33,000 nt of DNA from Octopus sinensis (Eukaryota), in the NCBI RefSeq assembly GCF_006345805.1, contig NW_021836291.1, positions 93,001 to 126,000 of the forward strand. The letters are read 5' to 3'. Both the position numbers and the translations under genes were made by a program. Positions within the stretch are counted from its first letter, which is position 1, and the number at the start of each line of letters is the position of its first letter. The notes beneath the pieces were generated by a model that saw only the letters and a program-made list of their open reading frames with translations, ran no database searches and was not told where the DNA came from. Shown piece by piece: positions 1 through 13,012 of the stretch.

Positions 1-1
1 A

Positions 2-299
2 GAACGAGAGATTATGCGGCAGGAATATAGGATGAAGGTTTATGGGCCTGATTAAGTGATCAAGTACAACATTCAGAGTAGTTCAGCGATCCCTGCAGAC
101 CCTGGGAGACTCGGCCGAGTAAAAATGACTCCAGCAGAAATTGAGCGAGAGAGAATAAGAAAAGAAAGTTTGGAGGCGTTTTGGATAATTAGACGAAATT
201 GTGGTTGGAAATATAAACATTAGTGAAATTCAATCTAAAACTGTTGAGACTATTCAACAGAGTTGCAAGAAAATTAAGGATTCCTGTTCTCTTCAGTAG
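2..299 (+). CDS. CPLX: Complexin, 3' part (gene starts upstream of window), with C-terminal CAAX box
   Basis: Removing introns 38-64 (27 nt) and 168-192 (25 nt) gives EREIMRQEYRMKYNIQ...GRLGRVKMTPAEIERE...KIKDSCSLQ*. This matches the invertebrate complexin central helix (ERE.MRQ..R.KY) and the K.TP.E motif, and ends in CSLQ. Confidence 0.8.
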
Positions 300-562
300 A
301 GTTGTGCTGCTCAATATTAATTATTGACTAATTAGACTAATTGAAATGATTTGTTTATTAGTCAGCCAATACATTTGTCCTGGTGGTCAGAATGAGTGAT
401 CTCAAGTGAAGGACACGTTGTGGGGGACTCTTGTCTCGATGAGAATTGAAATAAAGACAGGTTTGTGTTTTTTGTCATTTTTATTATCGAGTTGGAAACC
501 CAAATGACTGTGAATTTGCTTTTTATTGAGTTGTAATCATTTTTAAGAATATGTCGAAAGGG

Positions 563-1456
563 CAGGTCAACCGCAAAACTCAATATAAATGGGGCACCCT
601 CTGTATTTGGGGCACTTTAATTTCTAAAGTCCATTTTATAGCAGTTTATTCAATTTTCTACTAATAGAATACAAAATTAAGAAAAAAATTTTTGAAGCGT
701 TGGCAAACTCCATATCCGAAAGTTAAATATTCAAGATGTCTAGAGTTTGGAAGGGAACAGTATCTAGAATAAAAATAAAAACTAAACAAGGATTTGATTC
801 AAATCCTATTACTGATGTAGTCCTATAGAAAAACTATGAATCAGATCTATTATCGAAATTAGATCGTCTGGTTTTTGAACTTTTCAGGAATCTGGGGCAA
901 ATGGAATTTAAATTTCCGGATGTTTAATTACAAAAATTGACAGAAATATCACGACTCGGATAAATTTTAACAGCTTTAAAGGCTCTAATGAATGGCTAGA
1001 CCGTTTTGAAATCGTCATGAACTATCTTTTAGAGCAATTTCTGCTGAAAAGAATTCCTCGACAAAAATTCAATTAAAAAATTTTACGAAATCAAAACATT
1101 CAATCTGAACTTTTGGAGACTCATATTTTAGACGTAGTGCAAATAGAACTTGATGAAACCGAAAATCATTCACAATTATGAATATGATGAATATTTTAAA
1201 AAATTCATTATTCAATGTATGTCCGAAGCATATACTGAATATTATGTTTTTAAAATAATCGTCGCAAGAAATTGACGAAAAAATGTAATATTGGAAGGAA
1301 AATTAGCGATTGCTTTTTTAATTGATATATAAAATAGATTTTTTGATTTTTAAATGCTATTTTATTTAAAGAAATTAAAGAAAAAGTTGAAAAGGGTATA
1401 AATTATCATACCCTCTGTATTTGAAGCGAATTCCTATTGGGGCAAGGGTTCAACTG
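563..1456 (+). mobile_element. Degenerate pogo/Tigger-like DNA transposon remnant
   Basis: About 975-1010 reads FKGSNEWLDRF (CENP-B-type HTH motif F.AS.GWL.RF). The right end ...GGGTTCAACTG|TA at 1446-1458 resembles a Tigger terminus. CCCTCTGTATTTG occurs near 597 and 1411. The left end is uncertain. Confidence 0.55.
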
Positions 1457-1989
1457 TATTTGGGAAGTCGTATTATTAATTCAAATAATTCTGTTAAAAA
1501 TAAAATAAATTGGCTGTTTGCAACTTGGGTTTTCCTCATTTCAATTCCAAGCAATTCAATCTCTCAATTGGAATACGGACTTGAATCCCCTTGTCTGACA
1601 TGACTACATCATTCGAGTTTTCGGGGAGTAATGCAAGTAATTTATGTACAAGTCCTTTGAGAGTGACCCAGTCAACTCATCACCAAAGACATAATGGCTC
1701 GACTGCTTTCCTCGTGTCGTGATCATTCTAACTAATTACATTCCAAACCTCAAATTTCACGAAATCACGCCAAACGAAAGGACATGATCGAGATTGAGTA
1801 AACATTAGACAATTTACGGACTCGATTGACCAGTCAAGGTCGACTCGAATCCTTCAGGAGTTCTATCTCATACAAACTTGTTTTTCAACTTAGTCTACAT
1901 TTTCTTACTTGCCACAATTCGCTAAATTGAACTTGAAATTTTTTCAAACAAAAACTGTTTGTTTTATTAATTAAAAGAACATGAAAGAA

Positions 1990-2290
1990 CTGTTTGCTAA
2001 TTCAAATCAGTCGCCGAGCGGATGGAGAGGCAATTCCCACGCAATATATCGAACGCTGGCTGAACCAATCTCTGAGAGTAGTTTGAGCGCTTTGGATCCA
2101 CTTATCAAACTGGTCTCGAAAGCCAGAAAAATAAAGCAGCAGGTATCGGTCAACTGGGCATATTTTGCAGTTTTCCTAGATTCGGGAAGGGCAGATGCAG
2201 ATCCAGGACGGGAAGCAGAGTCGATCAGCGATGATGAAAAAAATTAGTCTACGCAGATAACATCCCAAACGAGGGCAGATAATCACCCAA
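1990..2290 (-). mobile_element. Decayed 3' end of an RLE-type (CRE/R2-like) non-LTR retrotransposon
   Basis: The minus strand reads LVWDVICVD*...SASRPGSASALPESRKTAKYAQLTDTCCFIFLAFETS...ALKLLSEIG and, frameshifted, ILRGNCLSI. This follows the WD.TC.D...K..KY..L...ET.G...QRGN pattern. Stops and frameshifts are present. Confidence 0.55.
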
Positions 2291-2659
2291 CACTACGCAG
2301 CTAGCATAATGAAAATTTCCAATTTGAACAATATCCAAGTCCGCTTGACCACCTAATTAAGAAAGATGGAAAGGGCTTCTTAGCCATTCAACAAAACCAA
2401 CTGTCAAAAGACCATCATATGTCAATTAGCAACCAGAAGCACATCACCCCGATTCAATTCCTTAGGAAAACTGTTCCCCCTCCGTTCCACACTTGCGTTG
2501 GGGCCAGATTCCAACCTCGGGAAAAGCTGAGAAAGATCTTCAGAATTGTTGGAATCACCTAATTAATTACCCTAATTAACTGTTGGTGATTCTTGGGTTA
2601 AATAAAAACAAAATCCAAAATACACATTTAATAGACAAATTTCCAAATCTTACGTTAAA

Positions 2660-3323
2660 ACAGCGGTTCTCAGCCTTTTTAAACTGAGGACAAGCTTTTC
2701 ACTCGAAAATTTTTTTAAAACTTTGTTCCCACAATACTTATTATGAATTGCTGCTTTCCTATCTTCTCATTCTGTTTCACGTATTCTCTCAGACATCGTT
2801 CTAAGAAACCTTCCCACACAGAAATTGTCTGAAGATTACTCGTAGGGAAGCTCGGTTTGGCTCGAAGCTATTTTGCATCTATCCAGCGTCGATGAGACGA
2901 AATCTCTTGTCAGTCAATATACGAATATCTGGTTTCTGTCTCTAATCAACACCAACTCGTTTGCCTCCGTGCAGGTCTCTGTCAAAGCAGTGGTGCTGGT
3001 TAAAGGTTCTCCTTTCCATCGAAATCTGGTGGACAAGGATTGTTTGAGCATCGTAATTTCTTTCTGTGTCGGGCTGAAGATCTGCCAGAAGTGAGACTGC
3101 AACGAGGGCAATGAAATTCCGAACAAGTAGCTTCAAATGGACATAATTAGTGATATAATTCATATAAATATTCTGACAACTCTCAACATCCAATGAAATA
3201 TCACTCACATTTGAGGACAGATTGGAGAATATTCGACCAGTCTGGAGAAGACTAGTGGACATGTTATCACCAGTCAGAATACTGAAGCTGACAAGTTAGC
3301 TAAGTCACATGTATTCTCAGCAT
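2660..3323 (-). CDS. Possible uncharacterised multi-exon gene
   Basis: Open stretches (KLLSHFWQIFSPTQKEITMLKQ...; VWEGFLERCLREYVKQNEK) can be joined by plausible 21-28 nt GT-AG introns. I could not build a complete model or recognise a family. Confidence 0.25.
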
Positions 3324-3601
3324 TATAAATAAAGGCAACAACAAAGAGACCCTCCACCTGTCATTATAATCGGCCCGTTTGTAAAGTAAACCACAATTTT
3401 AGAGATTAAACACAATTTTGAGTCGACAGACATTTCCTGACGTCCATCTAATTAACGAACTATTAGTTTGTTATCTAAAACTGTACTTTCAGCTGTTTTA
3501 GCCTAAACAATAGTCATCCCCTACAGTAGAAATGTGACCTCACACAACGACGAAAACAGACTAATAACAAGGAAGTAAAATGAAAGAATAAATAATTAAA
3601 A

Positions 3602-4821
3602 TCAGACAAGACCAGCCTTCTGGAGATATGACTGAGTGATGATATTAACAACGTCGTGGAAGACCACCACCATATTATTAGTGTCAGTAGCACACACATA
3701 GTGAATATACACTTGCTCTGAACGGGTATTCACACTGTCCAAATATTTGTTTTTAATGAACTCGCGCACAACTTCCGGGTTGTCGTCCGCCCCTGCCAGT
3801 TCACCAACCTCACTACCCTCAAATTCAGGAAAAATGGCCCTGATGGACTGCCTTTTCACTTTCTCCACAAAAATATCGTATTTGTTGAGAAACAGAATCA
3901 TTGACGTCTTTTTGAAATATTCGTTGTTGAAAATAGACTTGAACAGGTGGAGACTCTCCTCCATTCGGTTCTACACATGACCAGTCCTCACCCACCACAG
4001 AACTGTCCTCCATCAAAGTCAGGTCGTACTCCGCTATGGACGCCACAAACAGAACTGCCGACACGTCCTCAAAACAGTGAATCCATTTCTTCCTCTCCGA
4101 CCTCTGTCCTCCCACGTCCAGCACCCTGCCAGTCACCCAACTCCCTCACTGAAAGGAAATGTTGTTAAACACAAATTTAATGTCCGTCAGTCCTGTGGTC
4201 TTCACCCGAGTCCTCAAAACGTGCTCGACTGTCGGAATGTAGTCCTCCTTGCAGATTTGATCCAAATTGTTGAAATAACTGGGAATTGGGGAAAGGAGGG
4301 ACTACTATTCGGCTGAGTCGTTCAATTGGAACTCATTTGAGCGGGAAACACAAATCCGGACTCCCTGGTCATTCCAGAGGAGGGAGACGAGGGGGCCAAC
4401 CACAGCAAAGTCGGGGTTGTTTTGATCGAGGACGGAGGTGAGGAAGTCTTTGGCCACGGAGGAGTTTTGGGGGTCACAAAATTGGATTTGGAGTTCGGAC
4501 ATGGCTCGGAGGACTGCGACCATGCTTTGGATTATGTTGGAGTGGACTATTTTCTTGTGGGTGAGACATTCTGACTGTGAATAGCCTTCCAAATGGATAA
4601 GTCTATAATTATTCAGGAACTAATTAATATTCAACCTGATTTGCTTAAGAATTGTGCTTTTTCCAGATTCTCCAGGACCTAGTGGATGACTGGAGGGGGA
4701 TACCGAGAAGGAGCATTTTGAATAATTTGGTCTCCTCTTTATTTATGTTTTTTAGGTTTTTCTCAGCTTCCTTTCTTCTTTTTAGTGCGATTCGTACATC
4801 AGCACTGTGCACACAACCCAT
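3602..4821 (-). CDS. Heterotrimeric G protein alpha subunit, divergent Gi/o-like (353 aa, 7 exons)
   Basis: Introns at 4679-4703, 4603-4635, 4279-4305, 4126-4149, 3971-3995 and 3793-3816 (25, 33, 27, 24, 25, 24 nt) leave 1062 nt in frame. Motifs: MGC start, [45 protein letters not shown], ending QKAGLV*. Confidence 0.95.
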
Positions 4822-5211
4822 CAGGATGCTTTAAATTGGCGCTACAATATTTTATTAAATATTTTAATTTATTAAATATGCAACTAATTAATTTAATTCA
4901 TATTTATTATTCATCAGAATACTTTTAGAAGAATTGTGTCTCATATTTTATTTGAGACTACCAAAGTAGCCTTTATCGAATTTCCTATCATTTTTCACAG
5001 ATAAATGAGTCAGTCAATAGAAAGAGTATAGCAGAGGATGGGTCGCAGTGAGGTCTGTTTAGTATCTGATAGGTCAATAAGAGTAGATTATGCCAACACA
5101 AGAACCCTCTCATATACCCTTAATAGTCCTTTAAAAGCCAATTCCCCACTCAGTTTATAAAAGTCCATCGAAAACACAAAAAAGCCAAAAATTAAATAAG
5201 GAACAAGTCAG

Positions 5212-6253
5212 TTAAGAACGATCGTGATTTGCTTTGGGTGATGCATTATCCCGCCTATTCTTCTGTTCCACATTAATGCGGTGTCCTTCCAGTGCATGAC
5301 TCTACACATAACTCACCCCCTCACCCTCTGCGACAACACCCTTCCCACCACTTCCTCATTATCAAACGTCACAAAACCAAATTGCTAAACATAGACACAC
5401 CCCTCACCCTCGACGCCGGTCGTTGCTTACTCCTCGACACCCTCACGTCCGTCACATTCCCAAAGTCTGCCTAATCCACTAACAATCTACTAGAAAAGTA
5501 GTCCTTCAAGTCCCCCTCCTTCACGTTCTCAGGCAGGTTCCCCACAAATAACTGCCGCCGGTCTTCCTCCGCTGATCTCCGACGGTCGGCTGAACTACGG
5601 CGGCCTCCCCCAAATCCCTTCTGTCGCTGATCCTGACTTGAATCATTCTCAGGCCTCTATAAAAGAGCGGGAAATACTGGGAAGAGCGGGAAAACGCCGT
5701 CACGTGTTTTGGGAGGATTCCTTGGACAGGTGAACTCAGTCCAGGGGGATTGCTGTCGGGTCCCCACGCCTTCTTTTCCGGTGGACGAGCCACCCTTCTG
5801 GGAGGTTCTGCCTGGGGGGTGTCCACCACAGAGGGGACTGAGTCGGTAGATGAAAGGAAAGTGGCTGCTTTGATCTTATACCGACTGTTGAGGACAAAAT
5901 TGTGGACAAAGGTCGGGAGGTTGTTCCCTTTGGAGTCCACCCCCTGTCCATAGACTGATATATTTATCATTGCGTCCATTGGGAGGGCAGAATACTCGAT
6001 TATGTGGAATTTTAGTCCGGAATATTCGCGGGTTAATAAATATTTTAGAATGTTCTGGAAGGATTAGAATTTTCTATACATCACATCCTGCGGTGTAGAA
6101 ATCTGCGTCTGCGTCGAACTGCTGAGAGTCAGATTGATAGAAACTAGAAGTCTGCACTGAGTTGGGATACCTAGACAGCTTGGACTGATCCTTTCCTAAA
6201 AATCCGTAATATAAACGGATAAATTTGAAAGCGTCTTGTCGCAGGTCACACAT
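5212..6253 (-). CDS. G3BP: G3BP/Rasputin-like protein (NTF2 + RRM), about 290 aa, no RGG tail
   Basis: Six introns (6144-6170, 6055-6079, 5657-5703, 5467-5490, 5385-5407, 5302-5324) leave 873 nt. The N-terminus is NTF2-like (FIRLYYGFL...LSSFY...TFVHNFVL). The RRM reads QLFVGNLP...FSNFGNV...QFGFVTF...RINVEQK. Confidence 0.85.
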
Positions 6254-6511
6254 TAAACAGATAACGTGGTGTTTGCTATTTATTATATAAATTGAATTAA
6301 AAAAAATTAAGAGATATATACTAATTAAAATAAATTAATTCCGTTTTTATTATATCCTATTGACTTTAGATTGAATTTGTGACTTTTTAAAATTTTAACT
6401 TTACCAATATAATCCTATTTCTATAACATAACTAACATTTTTATATATATTAACAATATTTATATTAACAATAAAATTATAATAAATATTTAATAAAAAA
6501 GTGACACTCGT
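6254..6511. promoter_or_regulatory. Probable bidirectional promoter between head-to-head G3BP and SRP19
   Basis: 258-bp, extremely AT-rich spacer between two divergent start codons. Function is inferred from position only. Confidence 0.45.
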
Positions 6512-6990
6512 ATGTTCGAAAGAGGGTATGTGGTGCATATATAGTAGTAGATGGGTAGTAGTATATCCCTCATATATCAATAAAAACAGGACTGTCCAGC
6601 AAGGCAGGCGAGTCTCTAAGGAAACAGTAGTCCTTTTGCTTATTGTAGGCAGTGGATAACCCTACTGCGGCTGAGCTACACAACGTCCTGGTTTCATTGA
6701 ACGTTCCTTCCCAGTTTGAGGTACTTTGGATTTGTTTTTTTAGCCAAACAAAATATATCCCAGAGAATTGGATATTTACGATAAGTTTTCTCGGGGACGA
6801 GTGAAGGTTCAGATCAGTGATTTGAATGGAAATCCTCTCAACCAGGAGATCCCGTCGAGTGAGTGTAGTTTGTTATTTCTTAGAGCTTTCTTTGTTGCAT
6901 TTTTTGTGTCGCCACGTCACTCCTTTCAGGGAACGAATACAGTCTGCAAATTTAAAAGAAAAGTCTAAAAAAAATAAAAAACGATATTAA
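6512..6990 (+). CDS. SRP19: Signal recognition particle 19 kDa protein (127 aa, 5 exons)
   Basis: Introns of 25, 22, 23 and 25 nt give MFERGWVVVYPSYINKNRTVQQGRRVSKETAVDNPT...NKIYPRE...RGRVKVQI...KKNKKRY*, carrying the diagnostic YP.Y, GRR, AV.NPT and GRV.VQ motifs. Confidence 0.95.
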
Positions 6991-7517
6991 TTATTTAATA
7001 AATATTTTTTGATAGAAAATGATTAGGAAAAATGAATTTTATTGCACTCCAAATTCTAATAAGAGTGCATCTCTGAGAATTATAAATTAAATAAATCTAT
7101 TTTAGCTATTAGTTGATGATGTTATTCCGAATAAATGACGAGTATGATCCATTTAAGCCTACTCGACATAACTATAGTAATTAATGACCGATTTGTTTGA
7201 TTTTTTAAACAGTTTCTTATGATTAAAATAAATATTTAAGACGTGGTTTTGGCCGATAAGTAGAATTTTAGTTTTTTCTATATTTAAGAGGATGGTTTAA
7301 ATTTTAGTTACGATTTATGAGTATAGATTTAAACTGGTAGAAATATTTTTAACTATTATTTATTTTTTTTACCGGAAAATCTGTCCATCGTTGGCTTTCT
7401 CATTTTAACGTCTCATATTTGTGTGGAAATTTAAATAAAAAATGAATTTCAAGTGAAATAAATGTAAAATTGATCGATCTGTTCAAATATTTTTTTTTGA
7501 GAAACCATTTCCTAGTA

Positions 7518-8136
7518 CAGTGAAACCTCTCGAATCCGCTGCTTCTCGAATCCGCCGCTTCTCGAATCCGCTTGTTTTAATCAAAAATTTGAAATTTCCT
7601 ATGAATGATTCTTGAATCCGCTTGTTTCTCGAATCCGCTCCTCAAGTATTATGAAAAATAATTTTTTTATCTAATTGTAAGTTAAATTAATTAACATTTT
7701 AAAATTCTCATTACACGTTAAATTGTTTCTAGCATTTAGCTATCATCCCCTTTAATATAATTACGACAATTTTTATTGATTGTATAAAATTTTCAATTTA
7801 CTATTTTCTTCACGGAGACAGTGGATCAGTAAATCATGATGAAAAATCTATTACTGATTTTAATGAAACAATGAGTTTAAAAATTGAACAATATGGATTG
7901 GACAATGTTTATAATGCAGATGAAACTGGTGTTTTTTACAAGGCGATTCCTTCCAAAGTGTGTGCACCAAATCACGGCCTGGAATAAAGTTGTCGAAGGA
8001 TCGATTTGCGTTATACCAAATATTATTTAAATTGCCTCTAAAATATTATTTAAATTGCCTCTCTAATCCGCCGATTTCTCGAATCCGCCGATTTTTTGGT
8101 CGGTCCCAAAATCGGCGGATTCGAGAGGTTTTACTG
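7518..8136 (+). mobile_element. Non-autonomous pogo/Tigger deletion derivative with intact TIRs (619 bp)
   Basis: 22-bp TIRs CAGTGAAACCTCTCGAATCCGC (7518-7539) and GCGGATTCGAGAGGTTTTACTG (8115-8136) differ at 1 position and are flanked by TA on both sides. An internal fragment reads HGDSGSV...VYNADETGVFYKAIP (pogo DDD domain). Confidence 0.9.
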
Positions 8137-8646
8137 TATCTTGATTTGACCATTTAAAATATTCTTTTATCAGGTTTAAATGAAGAATGTATTTGATCAA
8201 TGTTTGTTTATACAACAAACTGAGTGATGAAATTTCGATTTCCTCATCACCAATGTCATTAGTCAATTATAATTATTCGTGTTTAGCTTAGATTCTAAAA
8301 ATAAAACTCTATTTTACGGTTTTTCACAATCTGGGGAGTATTCTATTTCTCAAAAAACTCGAATTATTGGTGCCTATGATACAGAGGTGTCTAAATAACT
8401 GAATTCGTTTTATTCTACGTCGTCTCATTCCTTTCCTGAGTGATAACTCGCATTTTATGTGTTAAAAGCTGTTTGGTTCCCCGAATTTTGATTCGTGGAC
8501 ATAAAATACTCCAAAGAATATTCTTTAGAGGACTCAGAATTGACTCCTTTGAAATCAGTCTAATCATCCCGGAAGTAGCTGACTCAATAAAATTCATTTC
8601 CTCAAACGTTTCTCAGTTTTATGAATAAAATGGTCAAAACCACGCA

Positions 8647-10660
8647 ATGAAAATGTTTGACAGAATGTATGAAATATCCTCCCATATTTCTAGACTCAGA
8701 AAATCCTGGGAATTAGATGGCCAGCATTTCAGATCGCAGGGAAGTGTCACTAATCGTCCAACAGTGAAGGTATATTCCAATCATTCAGTTTAGAAAACTT
8801 TGAGGCGCTTCAGTGTTTATAGAAAAAATGTTTCATCCACCGGGACATACCAAGTAGTCCCCACTTTGCCCACCTTAGGGGACCTCCGTGTATTACAGGA
8901 CGATTAGAATCATGGAAAACTCGCGGAAAATACTCGATAAAGAACTAAAAGATGTATTTGCACGTTTTAGATTGGTGATAGTTAAAAAACGTTTCAAATG
9001 TGAATTTATGTAATTTTATTGGGGCAATAATCACGGGTGACACTTACACTCTTCTTTTTGAGTTTTGTCCAAAAGGAAAACTGCAGAACCTCATTCTTGA
9101 CGAAGAATTTAATCTCGATTGGGTCCTTAAGAAATGTTTTATATTTGACATCATCGAGGTGGGACATCCCTGGATCACTTTAGGGGTTGAAATATCTCCA
9201 CGACAGTCCAATTGGATACCACGGTAATCTGAAAAGTTCGAATTGTTTAATTGATTCTCGCTACACGGTCAAACTGATGGATTTTTCTCCAAAAGTATCA
9301 CAAAGTAATACTCAACGATCATGCTACAACTACGACTCATTCGAATGTAAGTTGTAACGTGAACAGAGCATTAGCAGGATTAACGAGTCCCCCAGAACTG
9401 CTAAAATTCAACAAAAGAGCGTCTTTGGACATGAAAAAATGTGATATCTACAGCTTTGGGATCATCTGTCAAGAAGTGATATGTCGAACAACACCTTTTC
9501 ATTACAAAGAACTAAAACTAAACCCACTGGGTACACAATGTGGCTAATAAACTCAGAAATAATCGACAATGTGACCACGCAAGACATGAGACCGGATCTT
9601 TTACAATTTTGGGATTCGAATTGTCCCCAAATTTTCAAAAAGTTCATCAATCACATGTGGGGGACCAATCCGGCCAGTCGACCTCCAATAAATTTCATTT
9701 CCGAGGAATTTATGTTATTTAATAAAATGACCTATTTTAGAATTATGATCGGGAAATGCGAAGTTGGATCAGTCGTTGACACCCTCATGACACGACTGTC
9801 CACCTACGCCTCCCAGTTGGAAGAAATGGTAGAAGAACGGACCCGGGACCTCAAAATTGAGAAGGCCAGATCAGACGAACTCCTGGCTCTCTCAGAAGAC
9901 CTTCTCTACCAAATGCTTCCCCCGTAAGACTATTTTAGACACCCGCGAATAGACAAGTCGCACAAGACCTCAGATGTGGAAAATCAGTGAAGGCTCAAAA
10001 ATTCGACTCGGTCACAATCTATTTCAGCGACATTGTGGGATTCACGTCGATCTGCTCAAGTTTGGAATCCATTCAAATAGTTGAACTCTTAAATGAACTT
10101 TACTCACAAATGGACACAATTATTGCTGATTACAATGTTTATAAGGTCACTCTATTTGATCACTGACAGGTCGAGACCATCGGGGACGCCTACATGCTGG
10201 TCTCCGGTCTCATGCTCAACTCAGACCACGCCAAGGAAATCGCCCTCACGGCACTCCACCTCCTAAAATCCGTGACATCCGTCGCGGTCCCAACCACCGG
10301 GGCACCCCTCAATATTCGAATTGGAGTCCATTCTGGTTGTTTTGTTGTTTTATTTAGGCCCCATTTGTGCCGGCGTTGTGGGAATCAAAATGCCGCGGTA
10401 CTGTTTATTTGGGGACACAGTCAACATGGCATCGCGGATGGAATCCACCGGGAAACGTATTTTGTTGTGAAATGTTCTTTTTAGCTCAAATGATTCACAT
10501 TAGTCAGAAAACGAAGGAATTGTTGGACCCTTTGGGGACTTTTGAGATTGTTTCACGTGGAATTATCGACATTAAAGTATTCCATTTGTGTGGGCAAATG
10601 TAGGGGAAGGAAAGTGCAGAGACATTTTGGCTTCAGGGAAATAAAGAGAAAAATAATTAA
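8647..10660 (+). CDS. Receptor-type guanylyl cyclase (kinase-homology domain, signalling helix, catalytic domain); 5' end unresolved
   Basis: After splicing about 13 micro-introns: [103 protein letters not shown]. The GTP-specifying Glu and Cys are present. The start coordinate is the first in-frame ATG I could connect. Confidence 0.9.
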
Positions 10661-10725
10661 TTTTTAATTAATATCTAATTTCGAATTTATTTGTTTTAGA
10701 TTGTTATTTTATTTTACCTAATATT

Positions 10726-11715
<990 letters not shown>

Positions 11716-11772
11716 TGGCGACTATTGGTTTATTAATTCTACTTAAATATTAACTAAAGTGAAGTATATCAA

Positions 11773-12861
11773 TTAAGTGGGTATATTACACTGAATACAG
11801 TCAATAGCACGGCCTACACGTTCTTTAATGAAGTGAGGACATTTCCAGACTGAAGGGGACATGACCAATAACTGTTCGAGGACCCCCCCACACCCAACCT
11901 CGGTCAACATTTGCTTAATATGACACCAAAGAGAGGCGTCCAGTTTAAGCAAGACCAACATAAATCTCTGCAACACTCTGAATGACCTGGAAGGGAACAA
12001 CAACACAGCCATTTGGACAGCCCCCTCACTCCCAGTGGACAGTGCAGCACTCACCACCTCCAAACAAGCCGAGGACACAACCTTGGGAGGCAGCATTGTC
12101 AAAAAATAAGTGGAGACTACCCCCAACATGGCCTTCACGACCTGCCCGTCCAAATTGGTGGGTTTCATCAACATTTGTATCTCCAAATCGAGGACATGAC
12201 TCAACTGAGAGTGAGTGCAGTCCACTCCACCAATCAGTCCGTACCCCCACTTGATGTCCTCGATGGGATCCACATAGAATATATTGTCCACTAGGTCATG
12301 TCCGTCGACCTCCTCCTCCACTCGATCCAGTCCTTCATTGAGGACATCTCTAAGACTGCCAATGACTGATTTCCTCACTATTCCAAACACACATCCTCGT
12401 AGACGTGCTCGATCTGCCGGGGAGTCAGAATGACCGAATTGGGGACAAGACTTGCCACATTCTGAGAGGGGTCTGCTGTCCCCAATCTGACTTAACCACC
12501 AAGGGGGACCTGTACAAGTCGGATCCTCCGTTGAACTTGTCCAACGAGGTTTTTATGGAGACGATGATTCCGCACTGACGGAAGCACTCCAATAACTTGA
12601 CTAGTTTAGACCTGGGATGAGCATATGGCACAACCGAGGCACTCGGTGTCTGTAGAAACGGGATTCGTTGAGCATGTAGTCTCGGAGGCAGTCCACTGCC
12701 TGCTCACCCCGAAAGCATTTTTCGTATCTTTTGATAAAACAGCGGTGGGCTTTGATTTCCAGGTTTTTGTGGAGTCCGCATATTAGGTCGAGCCACTGTG
12801 GATTATATGGGTGTCTCACCATTTCGGTTACTCTGTACATGTTCGAGTTGGGTATTTCCAT
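11773..12861 (-). CDS. Compact DEPDC1/DEPDC7-like protein (DEP domain + degenerate RhoGAP-like region)
   Basis: MYRVTEM|WLDL...AHRCFIKRYEKCFRGEQAVDCL matches the DEPDC1-type DEP domain. AVQMAVLLFPSRSFRVLQRFM resembles the LLLP...R..LQ.L motif. Introns are 21-24 nt. Confidence 0.75.
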
Positions 12862-13012
12862 TTACTGTTTATAAAAACCCACAACAACAATAAATATTTA
12901 ATCCCGCCGCTATTTTATTATGTTTGAATAAATAAAATTATTTTTCTCTATATATTTGTATTTCTCTTATTTAAAATATATTTAAATAATAAATTAATTA
13001 GTCAATGTGGAT

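Noticed and set aside
1500-1930. Possible additional micro-intron gene on the minus strand
   Set aside because: Fragments can be chained only with arbitrary splice choices, and I recognised no motif.
3793-4149. Similarity of G-alpha introns 4 and 6 (16 of 24 identical) as evidence of intron transposition
   Set aside because: Both sit at ancestral positions. Shared splice signals and the local G-rich skew explain the resemblance.
5385-5414. A 30-nt in-frame intron in the G3BP RRM
   Set aside because: A recount of exon lengths shows the 23-nt phase-0 intron (5385-5407) is the one that keeps the frame.
7528-7640. TCTCGAATCCGC repeats as a CRISPR-like array
   Set aside because: They are 12-bp units with 4-nt spacers inside transposon TIRs in a eukaryotic genome, with no cas genes.
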